DNA of 64,000 nt, from assembly GCA_964390595.1 (NCBI GenBank), contig CAYMIA010000004.1:4023-68022 (forward strand). Direction: 5' to 3'. Below, piece after piece: positions 19,192 through 31,247 of this stretch. The stretch is from an uncultured Gammaproteobacteria bacterium (GTDB lineage Bacteria > Patescibacteriota > Microgenomatia > Daviesbacterales > UBA10151). The notes under the pieces were generated by a model. It was not told the DNA's origin, did not search any database, and saw only the letters and a program-made list of their open reading frames with translations. Every line of letters starts with the position of its first letter. Position 1 is the stretch's first letter. The position numbers and the translations under genes were made by a program.

Positions 19192-20004
19192 ATGGATTCT
19201 ATCCGGTTGATTTCGGTGATTGTTCCTTCATACAAACAGGAACAAACTATTCTACAGAATTTAAAAAGAATTAAATTGGTTTTAGATCAATTGCGCTATC
19301 CTACTGAGTTAATTTGCGTGGTGGATGGAACAAATGTCGATCAAACTTTTGAAAAGGCGCTTAAGTTTGCTAAATTGCAAAAAAACGTTAAAGTGGTGGG
19401 ATATGAACACAACAAAGGTAAGGGGTATGCAGTCCGCTTTGGGATGGCAGAAAGTAAAGGGGACATCATTGCTTTTATTGATGCTGGGACTGATTTAGAT
19501 CCGAATGGGTTGTCGATGCTTCTGGAACATTTTGAATGGTATAAAGCCGATATTGTGATTGGTTCAAAAAGACACCCCGCTTCTAAAGTTAACTATCCTT
19601 GGCAAAGAAAGATCTTGTCTTTTGGTTATCAAATTTTAGTCCGATTACTTTTTGGTTTGACAGTTAAAGATACTCAGGTGGGGATGAAGTTTTATAGGCG
19701 GGAAGTTTTAGAAAAAGTTTTGCCACGTCTTTTAGTCAAAGCTTTTGCTTTTGATATTGAAATTTTGGCAGTGGCTAATTATTTGGGGTATAAAAGGATC
19801 TTTGAAGCACCAGTGGAGATTAAATTGGACTTTGGAGGAACTTCAACTGTGACCAGCCGGAAGTTTATAAGAACAGTATTATTAATGGTTCAGGATACTT
19901 TAGCTGTTTTTTACAGACTGAGGATAACTAAATATTACTCGGATAAAAATCAACGCAAATGGCGCTTTGATCCTGAGTTGAATTTCCGGGTTAATGTAGG
20001 TTAA
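19192..20004 (+). CDS. GT2 polyprenol-phosphate glycosyltransferase, DPG/DPM-synthase-like
   Basis: VVDG, NKGKGYAVRFG, FIDAGTD, IGSKR, DTQVGMK, FAFDIEIL. Confidence 0.85.
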   Translation: MDSIRLISVIVPSYKQEQTILQNLKRIKLVLDQLRYPTELICVVDGTNVDQTFEKALKFAKLQKNVKVVGYEHNKGKGYAVRFGMAESKGDIIAFIDAGTDLDPNGLSMLLEHFEWYKADIVIGSKRHPASKVNYPWQRKILSFGYQILVRLLFGLTVKDTQVGMKFYRREVLEKVLPRLLVKAFAFDIEILAVANYLGYKRIFEAPVEIKLDFGGTSTVTSRKFIRTVLLMVQDTLAVFYRLRITKYYSDKNQRKWRFDPELNFRVNVG

Positions 20005-20016
20005 AATACTGGGGTT

Positions 20017-21015
20017 ATGCCAGAAAAACTCGATTTAGTTCCACCTAAACCACCCGCGATTATAGTTCCGAGTCCAATTCCTATGGAAATAATTCCTGGA
20101 GCGACACTTACGTCTGGCAAAGAATTGGAAAGACAGAGTAAATGGATGGTGGCAGCCTCGTATTTCTATACAGTCTATCAAACCTCTGATGATTTGGTAG
20201 CGGCGGGAGAAGGTTTGACCAATTGGGCGCAAATGGATATTAATTTGGGTAATTTGAATGAGGCTGCCAAAACTTTAAATCATGATCAAGACCCCAAGTT
20301 TGCTGGTTTGAAAAATATCGATTGGCAGTATCTCCAAGCTGATATAGCTTTTAGAAGAGCTTGGATTGCTGATGAGTTGGGAGATTTTAGAGAAGCATTG
20401 AGTCAAGTTAAGGCGGCTAGAGTTTTGGTAGATCAGGTGCTTGAGAAAGAGCGCACAGCCAGAGTTTGGGATTTGGATCAATCGGTTAGTCATTTTGAGG
20501 CTAGAGCTTTTTTTGGATCAGGGGTGCAAGGGATAAATAGAGATCATTTAGAGACCGCTGAGAATTTATTTGCTAATGAGTTAATGAGGTACAAAGCCTT
20601 AAGAAGAGAAGGCGAACCTTATCCGGCTAATGAAGGGTTTCAGCAACTCTGGTTGGCTAGGATTTACTTAGTGACTGGGGAACTGGAGAGAGCTGAAGGG
20701 AGAGCAGAAGCAGCTAGAGAATTGTTTAGTGAATATTCTAGGGAGGTACCAACTAGTGGAATTAGTGCTCATTACGATCGAATGATAGGTAGTATTGCTT
20801 TGCGTAAAGGGTTAATTGAAGAAGCCAAGAGATCATTTGTGTTCGCGTTTTCAGTTAACACTGAATTTGAAAAATACCCCAAAGGCGCTGGCGAGGCAGC
20901 TTGGGGTTTAGCTAAAGCTTTTGCAATGGAGGGGAAAGGTGAGAGAGCGGTTGGATGGAGTAATTATGCTGTATCAGTCTATCCTCAAATTTTGCTGCGG
21001 GGCTTCATTGAGTAA
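20017..21015 (+). CDS. hypothetical all-helical TPR-like protein with Pro-rich N-terminus
   Basis: Repeated helical units (LGNLNEAAKTL, LGDFREALSQV, LARIYLVTGELERA, IGSIALRKGLIEEAKRSF, LAKAFAMEGKGERA); no TM segment. Confidence 0.65.
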   Translation: MPEKLDLVPPKPPAIIVPSPIPMEIIPGATLTSGKELERQSKWMVAASYFYTVYQTSDDLVAAGEGLTNWAQMDINLGNLNEAAKTLNHDQDPKFAGLKNIDWQYLQADIAFRRAWIADELGDFREALSQVKAARVLVDQVLEKERTARVWDLDQSVSHFEARAFFGSGVQGINRDHLETAENLFANELMRYKALRREGEPYPANEGFQQLWLARIYLVTGELERAEGRAEAARELFSEYSREVPTSGISAHYDRMIGSIALRKGLIEEAKRSFVFAFSVNTEFEKYPKGAGEAAWGLAKAFAMEGKGERAVGWSNYAVSVYPQILLRGFIE

Positions 21016-21024
21016 TTAACTTTA

Positions 21025-21033
21025 TGATACTAT
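21025..21033 (+). promoter_or_regulatory. putative extended -10 (TGaTACTAT) 7 nt before ATG
   Basis: TG-a-TACTAT-tttcttt-ATG(21041). Confidence 0.55.
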
Positions 21034-21040
21034 TTTCTTT

Positions 21041-24118
<3,078 letters not shown>

Positions 24119-24126
24119 TGCTTGCC

Positions 24127-24135
24127 AGTATAGCA
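24127..24135 (-). promoter_or_regulatory. putative extended -10 (TGcTATACT) 8 nt before ATG 24118
   Basis: Minus strand reads TGC-TATACT-ggcaagca-ATG. Confidence 0.55.
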
Positions 24136-24150
24136 AAGCCTTCAAAGCTA

Positions 24151-24178
24151 TTGCAAAACTTTAATTGATTTGTATAAT
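24151..24178 (+). promoter_or_regulatory. sigma70-like promoter TTGCAA-16 nt-TATAAT
   Basis: TTGCAA 24151-24156, TATAAT 24173-24178, ATG at 24189. Confidence 0.6.
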
Positions 24179-24188
24179 CCAGTTAAGC

Positions 24189-25580
24189 ATGGACCAAGTA
24201 AAATCTTTAATAAAAAGTGAGATATCGGAGTGGAGAAAATATTACAACCAGAATATTTTTTACCACCAAGATCTGCAAAGACTGGCAATAAATTTAATTC
24301 CTCAGGACGCATCGGTAATTGAATTTGGTTGTAGGGGAGGAGAGTTACTAGGTAAACTGCCGAATAAAATAAGAGTTGGGGTTGATGATAATCGATCAAT
24401 TTTAGAGTACGCTAGAAAAAGAAATCCTAAGATAAAATTTGTTGATAGTGGACATCTTCCAAAAATAAAATTTGATTATATTCTACTCTCTCACAATTTA
24501 ATGAACGAAGATGATATTCAAGGGTTTATTAGGTCACTTAGAAAAATCAGCCAAACTGATACCAGAATTGTTGTAACTTATTTTAATTACACCTGGAAGC
24601 CTTTTTTTGATGTGGCTTCTAAATTGGGACTGATGTTTCCTTTAAGGAGTGAGCCAAATTGGTTGACTTCTTCGGATGTTAGTAATTTCTTTTACTTAGA
24701 GGGATATGAAAACATAAAAGATGGCAGGCGGTTTATCTGGCCCTATAATTTTTTAAAGATAGGGTACCTTTTCAATAAATATATCTCACCTTTGCCGATT
24801 ATTAATGCTTTTTGTCTAATTAATTATGCGGTTTACCGTTCTAGACCTATCCCCAAAGATTATTCAGTTTCAGTGATCATTCCGGCTAGAAATGAGTCAG
24901 GTAATATGAAAGGGGTTTTGGCAAAAATTCCTAAGATGGGTCGAGGAGTGGAGGTGATTTTTGTTGAAGGGCACTCCAAAGATGATACTTATGATGTTAT
25001 CAAAAAGGAAATTGCAGATTACAAAGGTCGTATGAGACTTCAATTATTTAAACAAAAAGGGGTTGGTAAGGGGGATGCGGTTAGACTTGGGTTTACAAAA
25101 GCCAAAAATGATATTCTGATGATTTTGGATGCTGACTTAACTGTAGCTCCAAAAGATTTGCCAAAGTTTTATAAGATTGCTGCCTCTGGTAGAGGGGATT
25201 TTGTAATGGGTTCCAGACTGGTTTATCCAATGGAAAAACTGGCGATGAGAACCTTGAATATCTTGGGTAATAAGTTTTTTAGCTTAGCATTTTCATTTCT
25301 TTTGGGGCAAAAAATTAAGGATACATTGGCTGGAACAAAGGTTTTGACCAAGGAGAATTATAGAAAGATTGAAAAAAATAGAAAGTTTTTTGGAGATTTT
25401 GATCCTTTTGGAGATTTTGACTTAATATTTGGTGCTGCCAAGTTAAATCTAAAAATTGTTGAGATACCAATTAGATATAAACAGAGAACTTATGGAACTA
25501 CTAATATTAGCCGGTTCAGACATGGTGTGCTCCTCTTGAGGATGGTATTGTTTGCTGCCTTGAAGATTAAATTTATTTAA
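24189..25580 (+). CDS. fusion of class I SAM-methyltransferase-like domain and DPM-synthase-like GT2
   Basis: Likely ATG 24189. N-half VIEFGCRGG, FDYILLS. C-half SVIIPARNE, GKGDAVRLG, LDADL, GSRL, DTLAGTK, FGDFDL, IVEIPIRY. Confidence 0.85.
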   Translation: MDQVKSLIKSEISEWRKYYNQNIFYHQDLQRLAINLIPQDASVIEFGCRGGELLGKLPNKIRVGVDDNRSILEYARKRNPKIKFVDSGHLPKIKFDYILLSHNLMNEDDIQGFIRSLRKISQTDTRIVVTYFNYTWKPFFDVASKLGLMFPLRSEPNWLTSSDVSNFFYLEGYENIKDGRRFIWPYNFLKIGYLFNKYISPLPIINAFCLINYAVYRSRPIPKDYSVSVIIPARNESGNMKGVLAKIPKMGRGVEVIFVEGHSKDDTYDVIKKEIADYKGRMRLQLFKQKGVGKGDAVRLGFTKAKNDILMILDADLTVAPKDLPKFYKIAASGRGDFVMGSRLVYPMEKLAMRTLNILGNKFFSLAFSFLLGQKIKDTLAGTKVLTKENYRKIEKNRKFFGDFDPFGDFDLIFGAAKLNLKIVEIPIRYKQRTYGTTNISRFRHGVLLLRMVLFAALKIKFI

Positions 25581-26493
25581 GTTTTTTTGGTTTGTAGCCC
25601 ATTGAGGTGGTGTGAATGCCGAAGATCCTAATTGGATCAAAACCATCAAGCAAGGTAGCTAAAGCGATAAACGGTTTAATCATTAAATTATTCCAAATTG
25701 TTAAAATAGTTTTTGAGCCAAATTTCCAGTTGATAAATAGGTCACCATAGCGGATTAGATGAGGAAACATTAGCATGCCGGTTGTTTTAACTTTTTCAAA
25801 ACCCACATTTTTAAGCCAGCCCCGCTGCTCCCAAGGGAAATATGATGGTTCATAACTGGTAATATCTTTAAAGACCCGGTTGGTGGCCTCGTTGACAAGA
25901 TAGGATCCCCACAGATCTAGTTTGTTGTTGATGCCAGTTATAAAAAATCCACCTGGTTTTAAAACTCTAAAAGCTTCAGCGCATGACTTCTCATTTTCTC
26001 TGATGTGCTCAATCGTTCCAAAGCTAAAAACCACATCAAAACTGTTACTTTTAAAAGGTAATTTTCTGATATCACCTACTTTGAAATGACCGGTGTTAAT
26101 AATTTTAGTGAAATTTTTCTTGGCTAGTCTGACTACTTCTTTGGAGATATCAACTCCGTAAAGATCGTAGCCCTGTTTGAGTAACCAATGAGAGATTTCC
26201 GCAGTACCAGTGGCTTCATTGTAGAGATCGTATTTTAAAAGTTTAGCCCCTTTTTTTCTAGGTAGAAATTGTTTTAGTTGACGGGTAATTCCTTGAATAA
26301 AATATTCATCTGTGAGTGTTTTTCCAACTAATTCTTTATGGGGACTATTTTTTACCACACTGTCCCAGCGTTCTCCAAGATTTTTATTAACCTTTTCCCA
26401 ATTCTGATAAAAATCTTTTTTGTCATAAGTTTTTAACTTGGAATTTTTACTAAAATTAAATGTTCGGTCGCTCATATCTTTGAGATGGTACAA
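25573..26493 (-). CDS. class I SAM-dependent methyltransferase (Methyltransf_11-like)
   Basis: YGVDIS, GDIRKLPFKSNSFDVVFSFGTIEH, RVLKPGG; atypical motif I (LLKYDLYNEATG). Alternative ATG at 26475. Confidence 0.85.
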   Translation of the reverse strand: MYHLKDMSDRTFNFSKNSKLKTYDKKDFYQNWEKVNKNLGERWDSVVKNSPHKELVGKTLTDEYFIQGITRQLKQFLPRKKGAKLLKYDLYNEATGTAEISHWLLKQGYDLYGVDISKEVVRLAKKNFTKIINTGHFKVGDIRKLPFKSNSFDVVFSFGTIEHIRENEKSCAEAFRVLKPGGFFITGINNKLDLWGSYLVNEATNRVFKDITSYEPSYFPWEQRGWLKNVGFEKVKTTGMLMFPHLIRYGDLFINWKFGSKTILTIWNNLMIKPFIALATLLDGFDPIRIFGIHTTSMGYKPKKLK

Positions 26494-26499
26494 AAAAGA

Positions 26500-27483
26500 T
26501 TATCGTTTCGCAAGTGTTTTTTGAATACCTTGCTGGTAATCGACTTTGGGATTGTAGCCTAATTCTTTTTTGGCTTTATTGATATTATAGTGCCAGTTAT
26601 CAGCAACTGTGATTACCTTTTGGACTGTCAAGGGTGGTTCATTCCTGAAAATTTGTGGAGAGATTTGATAACCTAATTTATAGAGAGTTTCAAAAACAAA
26701 GGCTGCACTTTGCAGCGGGAATTTGGGAATAGTTTTAGACTTTGAAAAGATCTTTAGATTTTTCTTAACTAAATTTACTAGATCAATTAATTTAATTGGT
26801 TTGCTTGACGCGATGAGATATGTTTGGTTTTGTCCGCCTTTTTTAATTGCTTTGATGTAGGCTTCCGTTAGGTCATCGATATAGACTAAATGTAGCAGAT
26901 TATTACCGCTACCGATTATTGGAAATTTGTTTTTTTTGATTAACTCCACCATTTTAGTAACCATGCCGAGTTCAGTATCGTTTGGACCGTAGACAATAGC
27001 GGGACGGATTACAGTGTAGGGGATGCCGTATTTTAAGCAAACTTCTTGCAAGTTATTTTCAGCGATTATTTTGCTTTTTCCGTAAATATCTTTAGCGAGC
27101 AGTGGACTGTTTTCATCGGTTGGGTGATCTTTCAGCCGGCCATAAACATAGACTGAGCTAGTGTCGATAATATGTTTAAGTTGGCTGTTTGGAGTGATCA
27201 ATTTCTTTAAAACATGAGCGTTAACTTCTAAAAAATTACTGGGGATGTTCCAATTGGCGCGGATAGCGGCTAAGTGGATAAAAACATCATTGCTATTTAG
27301 TTCTTTTGTAAAAGTCTCTGGTTTGAGCAGATCTCCAATGACTGTTTTGACGCCCTGTTTTTTAAGTAGTTCAGCCTTTGATTTATCTCGGGCTAAAGCG
27401 GTGATCTGATACTTTTCTTTTTTTAGTTTCTTAATCAGTTCTCGACCGATGAAACCGGTTGCACCTGTAATAAATATCTTCAT
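26500..27483 (-). CDS. NAD-dependent epimerase/dehydratase (extended SDR)
   Basis: ITGATGFIG, HLAA, SSVYVYG, YGKSK, RPAIVYGP, HLVYIDD, ELGYNP. Confidence 0.9.
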   Translation of the reverse strand: MKIFITGATGFIGRELIKKLKKEKYQITALARDKSKAELLKKQGVKTVIGDLLKPETFTKELNSNDVFIHLAAIRANWNIPSNFLEVNAHVLKKLITPNSQLKHIIDTSSVYVYGRLKDHPTDENSPLLAKDIYGKSKIIAENNLQEVCLKYGIPYTVIRPAIVYGPNDTELGMVTKMVELIKKNKFPIIGSGNNLLHLVYIDDLTEAYIKAIKKGGQNQTYLIASSKPIKLIDLVNLVKKNLKIFSKSKTIPKFPLQSAAFVFETLYKLGYQISPQIFRNEPPLTVQKVITVADNWHYNINKAKKELGYNPKVDYQQGIQKTLAKR

Positions 27484-29234
27484 AGTCCTTTCAATTTAAT
27501 GCGCGTTTGATCGGTTGTGTCAACGAGCTCATTTTGATCGTTAATCCGGTAGCTGTAAATATTTTCAATTGGAACAGGTTTAACCGGATTATTAAATCTG
27601 GCGATAGATTGACCGTTTTGATAAGCGGAAACGATTTCTAGCCAATTATCAGTATAGACTAAGGTGGGGTCAAATTTAAGATGTTGTTCAATAGCGACAA
27701 AGGCGGGGAAACCAAAGAGGATATTTTGATAAAGAATTTTGTAATCGCTACCTTCGAAGTAAAAAACTAGTGGCGAGTTGTGGGTTTTAAGTTGGGAGAT
27801 TTTAGGGAATGAACGATGAATTTTAGTGGCTATTGCGGTGTCGCGATTGTAACGAAGATCCATTAAATAATTAAACGAGGCAATTCCCTGAATTAGTATG
27901 AGGGCGCAGATAACTGAGCTTAGAATAAGTTGTTTTTTTCTAGTTTCACCTAAACTAACTGTTGTTCCGAAAAGTATTGCGATAGCTACAGCTGTAACGA
28001 TCAGATAGCGCTGAGTGGTAATTTGAACGGTCAAAGGAAACCTCATCCAAGCTAGCAAAAAAGAGCAAAAGAGCCAACTAAAGGAGGTAAAAAGGGCAAT
28101 TCCAGCTTTTTCATTTCGATAATAAAAAATAACCTCAAGTAGCATAATAAGAGTGAAGCCGCCGATTAATGACCAATGTACTCCGGCGACATTTTGATAA
28201 GAACCGAGACCTAAAGTGGCAAGTAGGATTTTAACAGCTATGATCCAAATAAATGTCAAAAAGGCGGTGAGAATTAGAAATTTGTTATCTAGTTTGGAGA
28301 CGCATTTTTTAAGGAGCCAGCTGATGAGTAATGCAACCACCCAGATTTTGAGAATATTCAGATCTGAATATTCTGGGTGGACTAACTCAAGAGCGTGGGG
28401 AATCATTGAATCGGGTAATAGAACTGACCCAATTTGAATGATAGGATTGATAATAATCTGATATTGCCCACTAGAGATTAATTTGGAAGGAGTAGCTGTG
28501 CCTCCATTTAGGGTATTTCCCCATGTGCTGTTAATTCTTTCAAAAAGATTGTGGCCATTTCCGATGCTGTTGCCAATGGATAGAATTAAAATAAAAGTTA
28601 AGGAGATACCAATCAGCTGAAAGAGACTCCAGCGGATGTCGGTAAATTTATGATGGAAGATCAGCCAAAAAATTTCGATTAACACTAAAAAAATCGGTAG
28701 GCCGGTCATCCGGATCGGTTGGGTGACTATGGTTAAGAAAAAAAGTAAGAATGACAGAAATAGAAATTTAGTGCTCGTTAACTCTTTAGATTTAAAATAG
28801 GTAGTTATAAAAAGATTCAAGAAAAAAATTGAAATATAACTGGCCATATTAAAAGCCCAATTACTAGTTTCTAAACCAGCAGTTGTTAAAGCAAAAAAAA
28901 GCATCGAGATAAAAATTGCTAGTTTGTTTTTAGTGAAATAATTTAGGAGAGGATAGAAAGAAAAAACTGCCAAGGTGCGCAGAACAAAAGAGAGTAGATA
29001 AAAGTAGACCGATTTTAGTCCAATTGACTGATAGAGGATACCAACAATGGTGTCAGCCATGCCATAGGGGGAGAGTAGAAATTTCCAACTAATTAGATGA
29101 GCACCTGGATCTTGAGCTAGTGCAAAAAGATAATCATTAATTGCTAAATAATCATCTCCGGATAGCCCAATATGAAAAGTTGGCCGGAGAATTAGCAGAT
29201 GAGCTATTAAAATGACAAAAAATATGATTACCAT
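27480..29234 (-). CDS. multi-TM membrane protein, probable GT-C glycosyltransferase
   Basis: GLSGDDY after TM1, about 12-13 hydrophobic segments, late QRYL motif, soluble C-terminus. Confidence 0.6.
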   Translation of the reverse strand: MVIIFFVILIAHLLILRPTFHIGLSGDDYLAINDYLFALAQDPGAHLISWKFLLSPYGMADTIVGILYQSIGLKSVYFYLLSFVLRTLAVFSFYPLLNYFTKNKLAIFISMLFFALTTAGLETSNWAFNMASYISIFFLNLFITTYFKSKELTSTKFLFLSFLLFFLTIVTQPIRMTGLPIFLVLIEIFWLIFHHKFTDIRWSLFQLIGISLTFILILSIGNSIGNGHNLFERINSTWGNTLNGGTATPSKLISSGQYQIIINPIIQIGSVLLPDSMIPHALELVHPEYSDLNILKIWVVALLISWLLKKCVSKLDNKFLILTAFLTFIWIIAVKILLATLGLGSYQNVAGVHWSLIGGFTLIMLLEVIFYYRNEKAGIALFTSFSWLFCSFLLAWMRFPLTVQITTQRYLIVTAVAIAILFGTTVSLGETRKKQLILSSVICALILIQGIASFNYLMDLRYNRDTAIATKIHRSFPKISQLKTHNSPLVFYFEGSDYKILYQNILFGFPAFVAIEQHLKFDPTLVYTDNWLEIVSAYQNGQSIARFNNPVKPVPIENIYSYRINDQNELVDTTDQTRIKLKGL

Positions 29235-29257
29235 GTTTACAGCCTGAGTTGGTTTAA

Positions 29258-29270
29258 TAGTATAATACTA
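29258..29270. promoter_or_regulatory. palindromic TAGTAT-A-ATACTA, candidate bidirectional -10 element between divergent genes
   Basis: TATAAT on + (29261-29266) and TATACT/TATTAT on -. Confidence 0.5.
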
Positions 29271-29289
29271 CAGAGAATTTACCGGGCCT

Positions 29290-30108
29290 ATGGTTTCCAT
29301 CATTATTACTACCAGAAATGAAGAGCAAGTTCTAGAGCGGCTTTTAAAAAGTATTGCCAAACAGACCTACAAAAAAATTGAAACGATTGTTGTGGATAAT
29401 AAATCGGCCGATAAAACTGTTTCCATTGCTAAAAAATATACCAAAAATGTTTATGATTTTGGACCAGAGAGATCAGCCCAAAGAAATTATGGAGCCAAGA
29501 AAGCTAAAGGTGAGTATCTATTAGTTTTGGATGCAGACATGGAGTTGACTCCAACTGTTGTTGAGCAATGCTTGATGGTGATTGAGAAAGATCAAAAGAT
29601 CGGGGCAGTGGCAATTCCTGAAATATCAGTTGCCAAGACTTTTTGGGAAAGGGTTAAAGCTTACGAAAGGTCTTTTTATAATAAGGAAGGTGATTCAACG
29701 ACAGATGCAGCTCGTTTTTTTAGAAGAGAAGCCTTTGAAAAAGTTGGCGGTTATGATGAAACGATTACTGGTCCTGAAGATTGGGATCTACCAGAGAATA
29801 TTAAAAAAAGAGGCTACAAGACCACCCGGATTACCGCCTCAATTAATCATTATGAAAGAGTTCCTTCTCCAGTTAAATTAGCCCAAAAAAAATATTATTA
29901 TGCCCTAACATCGCATAGATATCTTAAGAAGCATGATATTCCAGTCGTTTCAGCCAAAACAATCTATTTTTTAAGGCCAGTTTTCTATAAAAATTGGCCA
30001 AGGCTAGTATTCCATCCAGTGATGGCTGTAGCCCTTTTTTGGATGTTTACTCTAGAGCTTTTTGGGGGAGGGCTGGGGTATTTAGTTGGTAGATTCAAAA
30101 AGCTATGA
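29290..30108 (+). CDS. GT2 glycosyltransferase
   Basis: VSIIITTRNEE, GPERSAQRNYG, LDADM, GGYDE, EDWD. Confidence 0.9.
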   Translation: MVSIIITTRNEEQVLERLLKSIAKQTYKKIETIVVDNKSADKTVSIAKKYTKNVYDFGPERSAQRNYGAKKAKGEYLLVLDADMELTPTVVEQCLMVIEKDQKIGAVAIPEISVAKTFWERVKAYERSFYNKEGDSTTDAARFFRREAFEKVGGYDETITGPEDWDLPENIKKRGYKTTRITASINHYERVPSPVKLAQKKYYYALTSHRYLKKHDIPVVSAKTIYFLRPVFYKNWPRLVFHPVMAVALFWMFTLELFGGGLGYLVGRFKKL

Positions 30109-31247
30109 AGGTTTTGCAGCTGACAGTCCATTTTTCTCCTAATGTTGGTGGTGTTGAAACTCACTTGTCTGATCTGGTAGCGGGTTTAATTAAGAGAAAT
30201 TTTAAAGTCTTTGTTTTGGCCTACCGCCCATTGATGATTAAGGCCCCTTGGCAGGTGTTGGAAAAATCCAAGAATTTAACTATCTTGAGATTGCCCTGGT
30301 TGCCTGGTTTTTTTTACAAGTTAGTTGGTCAGCCGGCTTTGGAATTTCTCTATCTAACACCTGGGCTTTTTTTGGTTGCGCCTTTTGTTTTAATCAAAGA
30401 GCGGCCTAATGTGATTCACGCCCACGGGTTAATCGCCGGATTTGTAGGAGTTTTTTGGGGAAAGATCTTTGGTATTAGAACAGTTGTATCAACGCATTCG
30501 ATTTATGATTTCCCTAAATCAGGAATGTACTACCTGCTAGCTAAATTTATTTTTGGTAACGCAAGTAAGACAATTTGTTTATCGAACCAATCAGTTAAGG
30601 AAATTCAGCGGCTAGGAGTAAGTGATGAAAAGATAGGTAGGTTTACCTACTGGATAGATCTGGATATTTTTTCTAGAGTGGTTAAGGCCAGAGATAGCTT
30701 GGGGTGGAAAGATGGTTTTATTGTTTTTTTTGTTGGCCGGTTGGTTGAAATCAAAGGTGTCCGGGAGTTATTGGAGGCTAGTAAATTGTTTAATAAATCA
30801 ATAAAGTTGGTCATTGCTGGAGATGGACCACTTAGAGATGAAGTTCAGTCTTTTGCAAATTCCTCTTCTGGTCGGGTGTTGTTTTTAAACCGAATTGATA
30901 ATACGAAGCTACCAACATACTATAGTGGAGCTGATGTTTTAATCGTTCCTTCGACTCATGAAGAAGGTTTTGGGAGGGTGATTTTGGAGGCATTAGCTTG
31001 TGGCACGCCTGTGATTGGGTCTAGAAGAGGAGCGATACCCGAGGCGATGGATGAAAGTGTAGGTAGATTGATTGATGTGACGCCAGAAAATATTGCTCAA
31101 GTCATCAATGAATTGCCAAAAAAACCGAAGCTGATTAAGTCTTGGGGTACTCAGGCGAGAAAATTGGCTGTGAGCAGATTTAGTGAAAAAAATATCGATG
31201 AAATTATTAACAGCTATATAGTGTCAAATGACAGTTCGACTGAATAA
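30105..31247 (+). CDS. GT4 glycosyltransferase
   Basis: GGVETH, IHAHG, VGRLVEIKG, EEGFGRVILEALACGTP. Confidence 0.92.
   Translation: MKVLQLTVHFSPNVGGVETHLSDLVAGLIKRNFKVFVLAYRPLMIKAPWQVLEKSKNLTILRLPWLPGFFYKLVGQPALEFLYLTPGLFLVAPFVLIKERPNVIHAHGLIAGFVGVFWGKIFGIRTVVSTHSIYDFPKSGMYYLLAKFIFGNASKTICLSNQSVKEIQRLGVSDEKIGRFTYWIDLDIFSRVVKARDSLGWKDGFIVFFVGRLVEIKGVRELLEASKLFNKSIKLVIAGDGPLRDEVQSFANSSSGRVLFLNRIDNTKLPTYYSGADVLIVPSTHEEGFGRVILEALACGTPVIGSRRGAIPEAMDESVGRLIDVTPENIAQVINELPKKPKLIKSWGTQARKLAVSRFSEKNIDEIINSYIVSNDSSTE

Noticed and set aside
25389-25420. Tandem repeat TTTGGAGATTTTGA x2
   Set aside because: It encodes the protein motif FGDFDPFGDFD of the GT2 domain and is not an independent DNA repeat.
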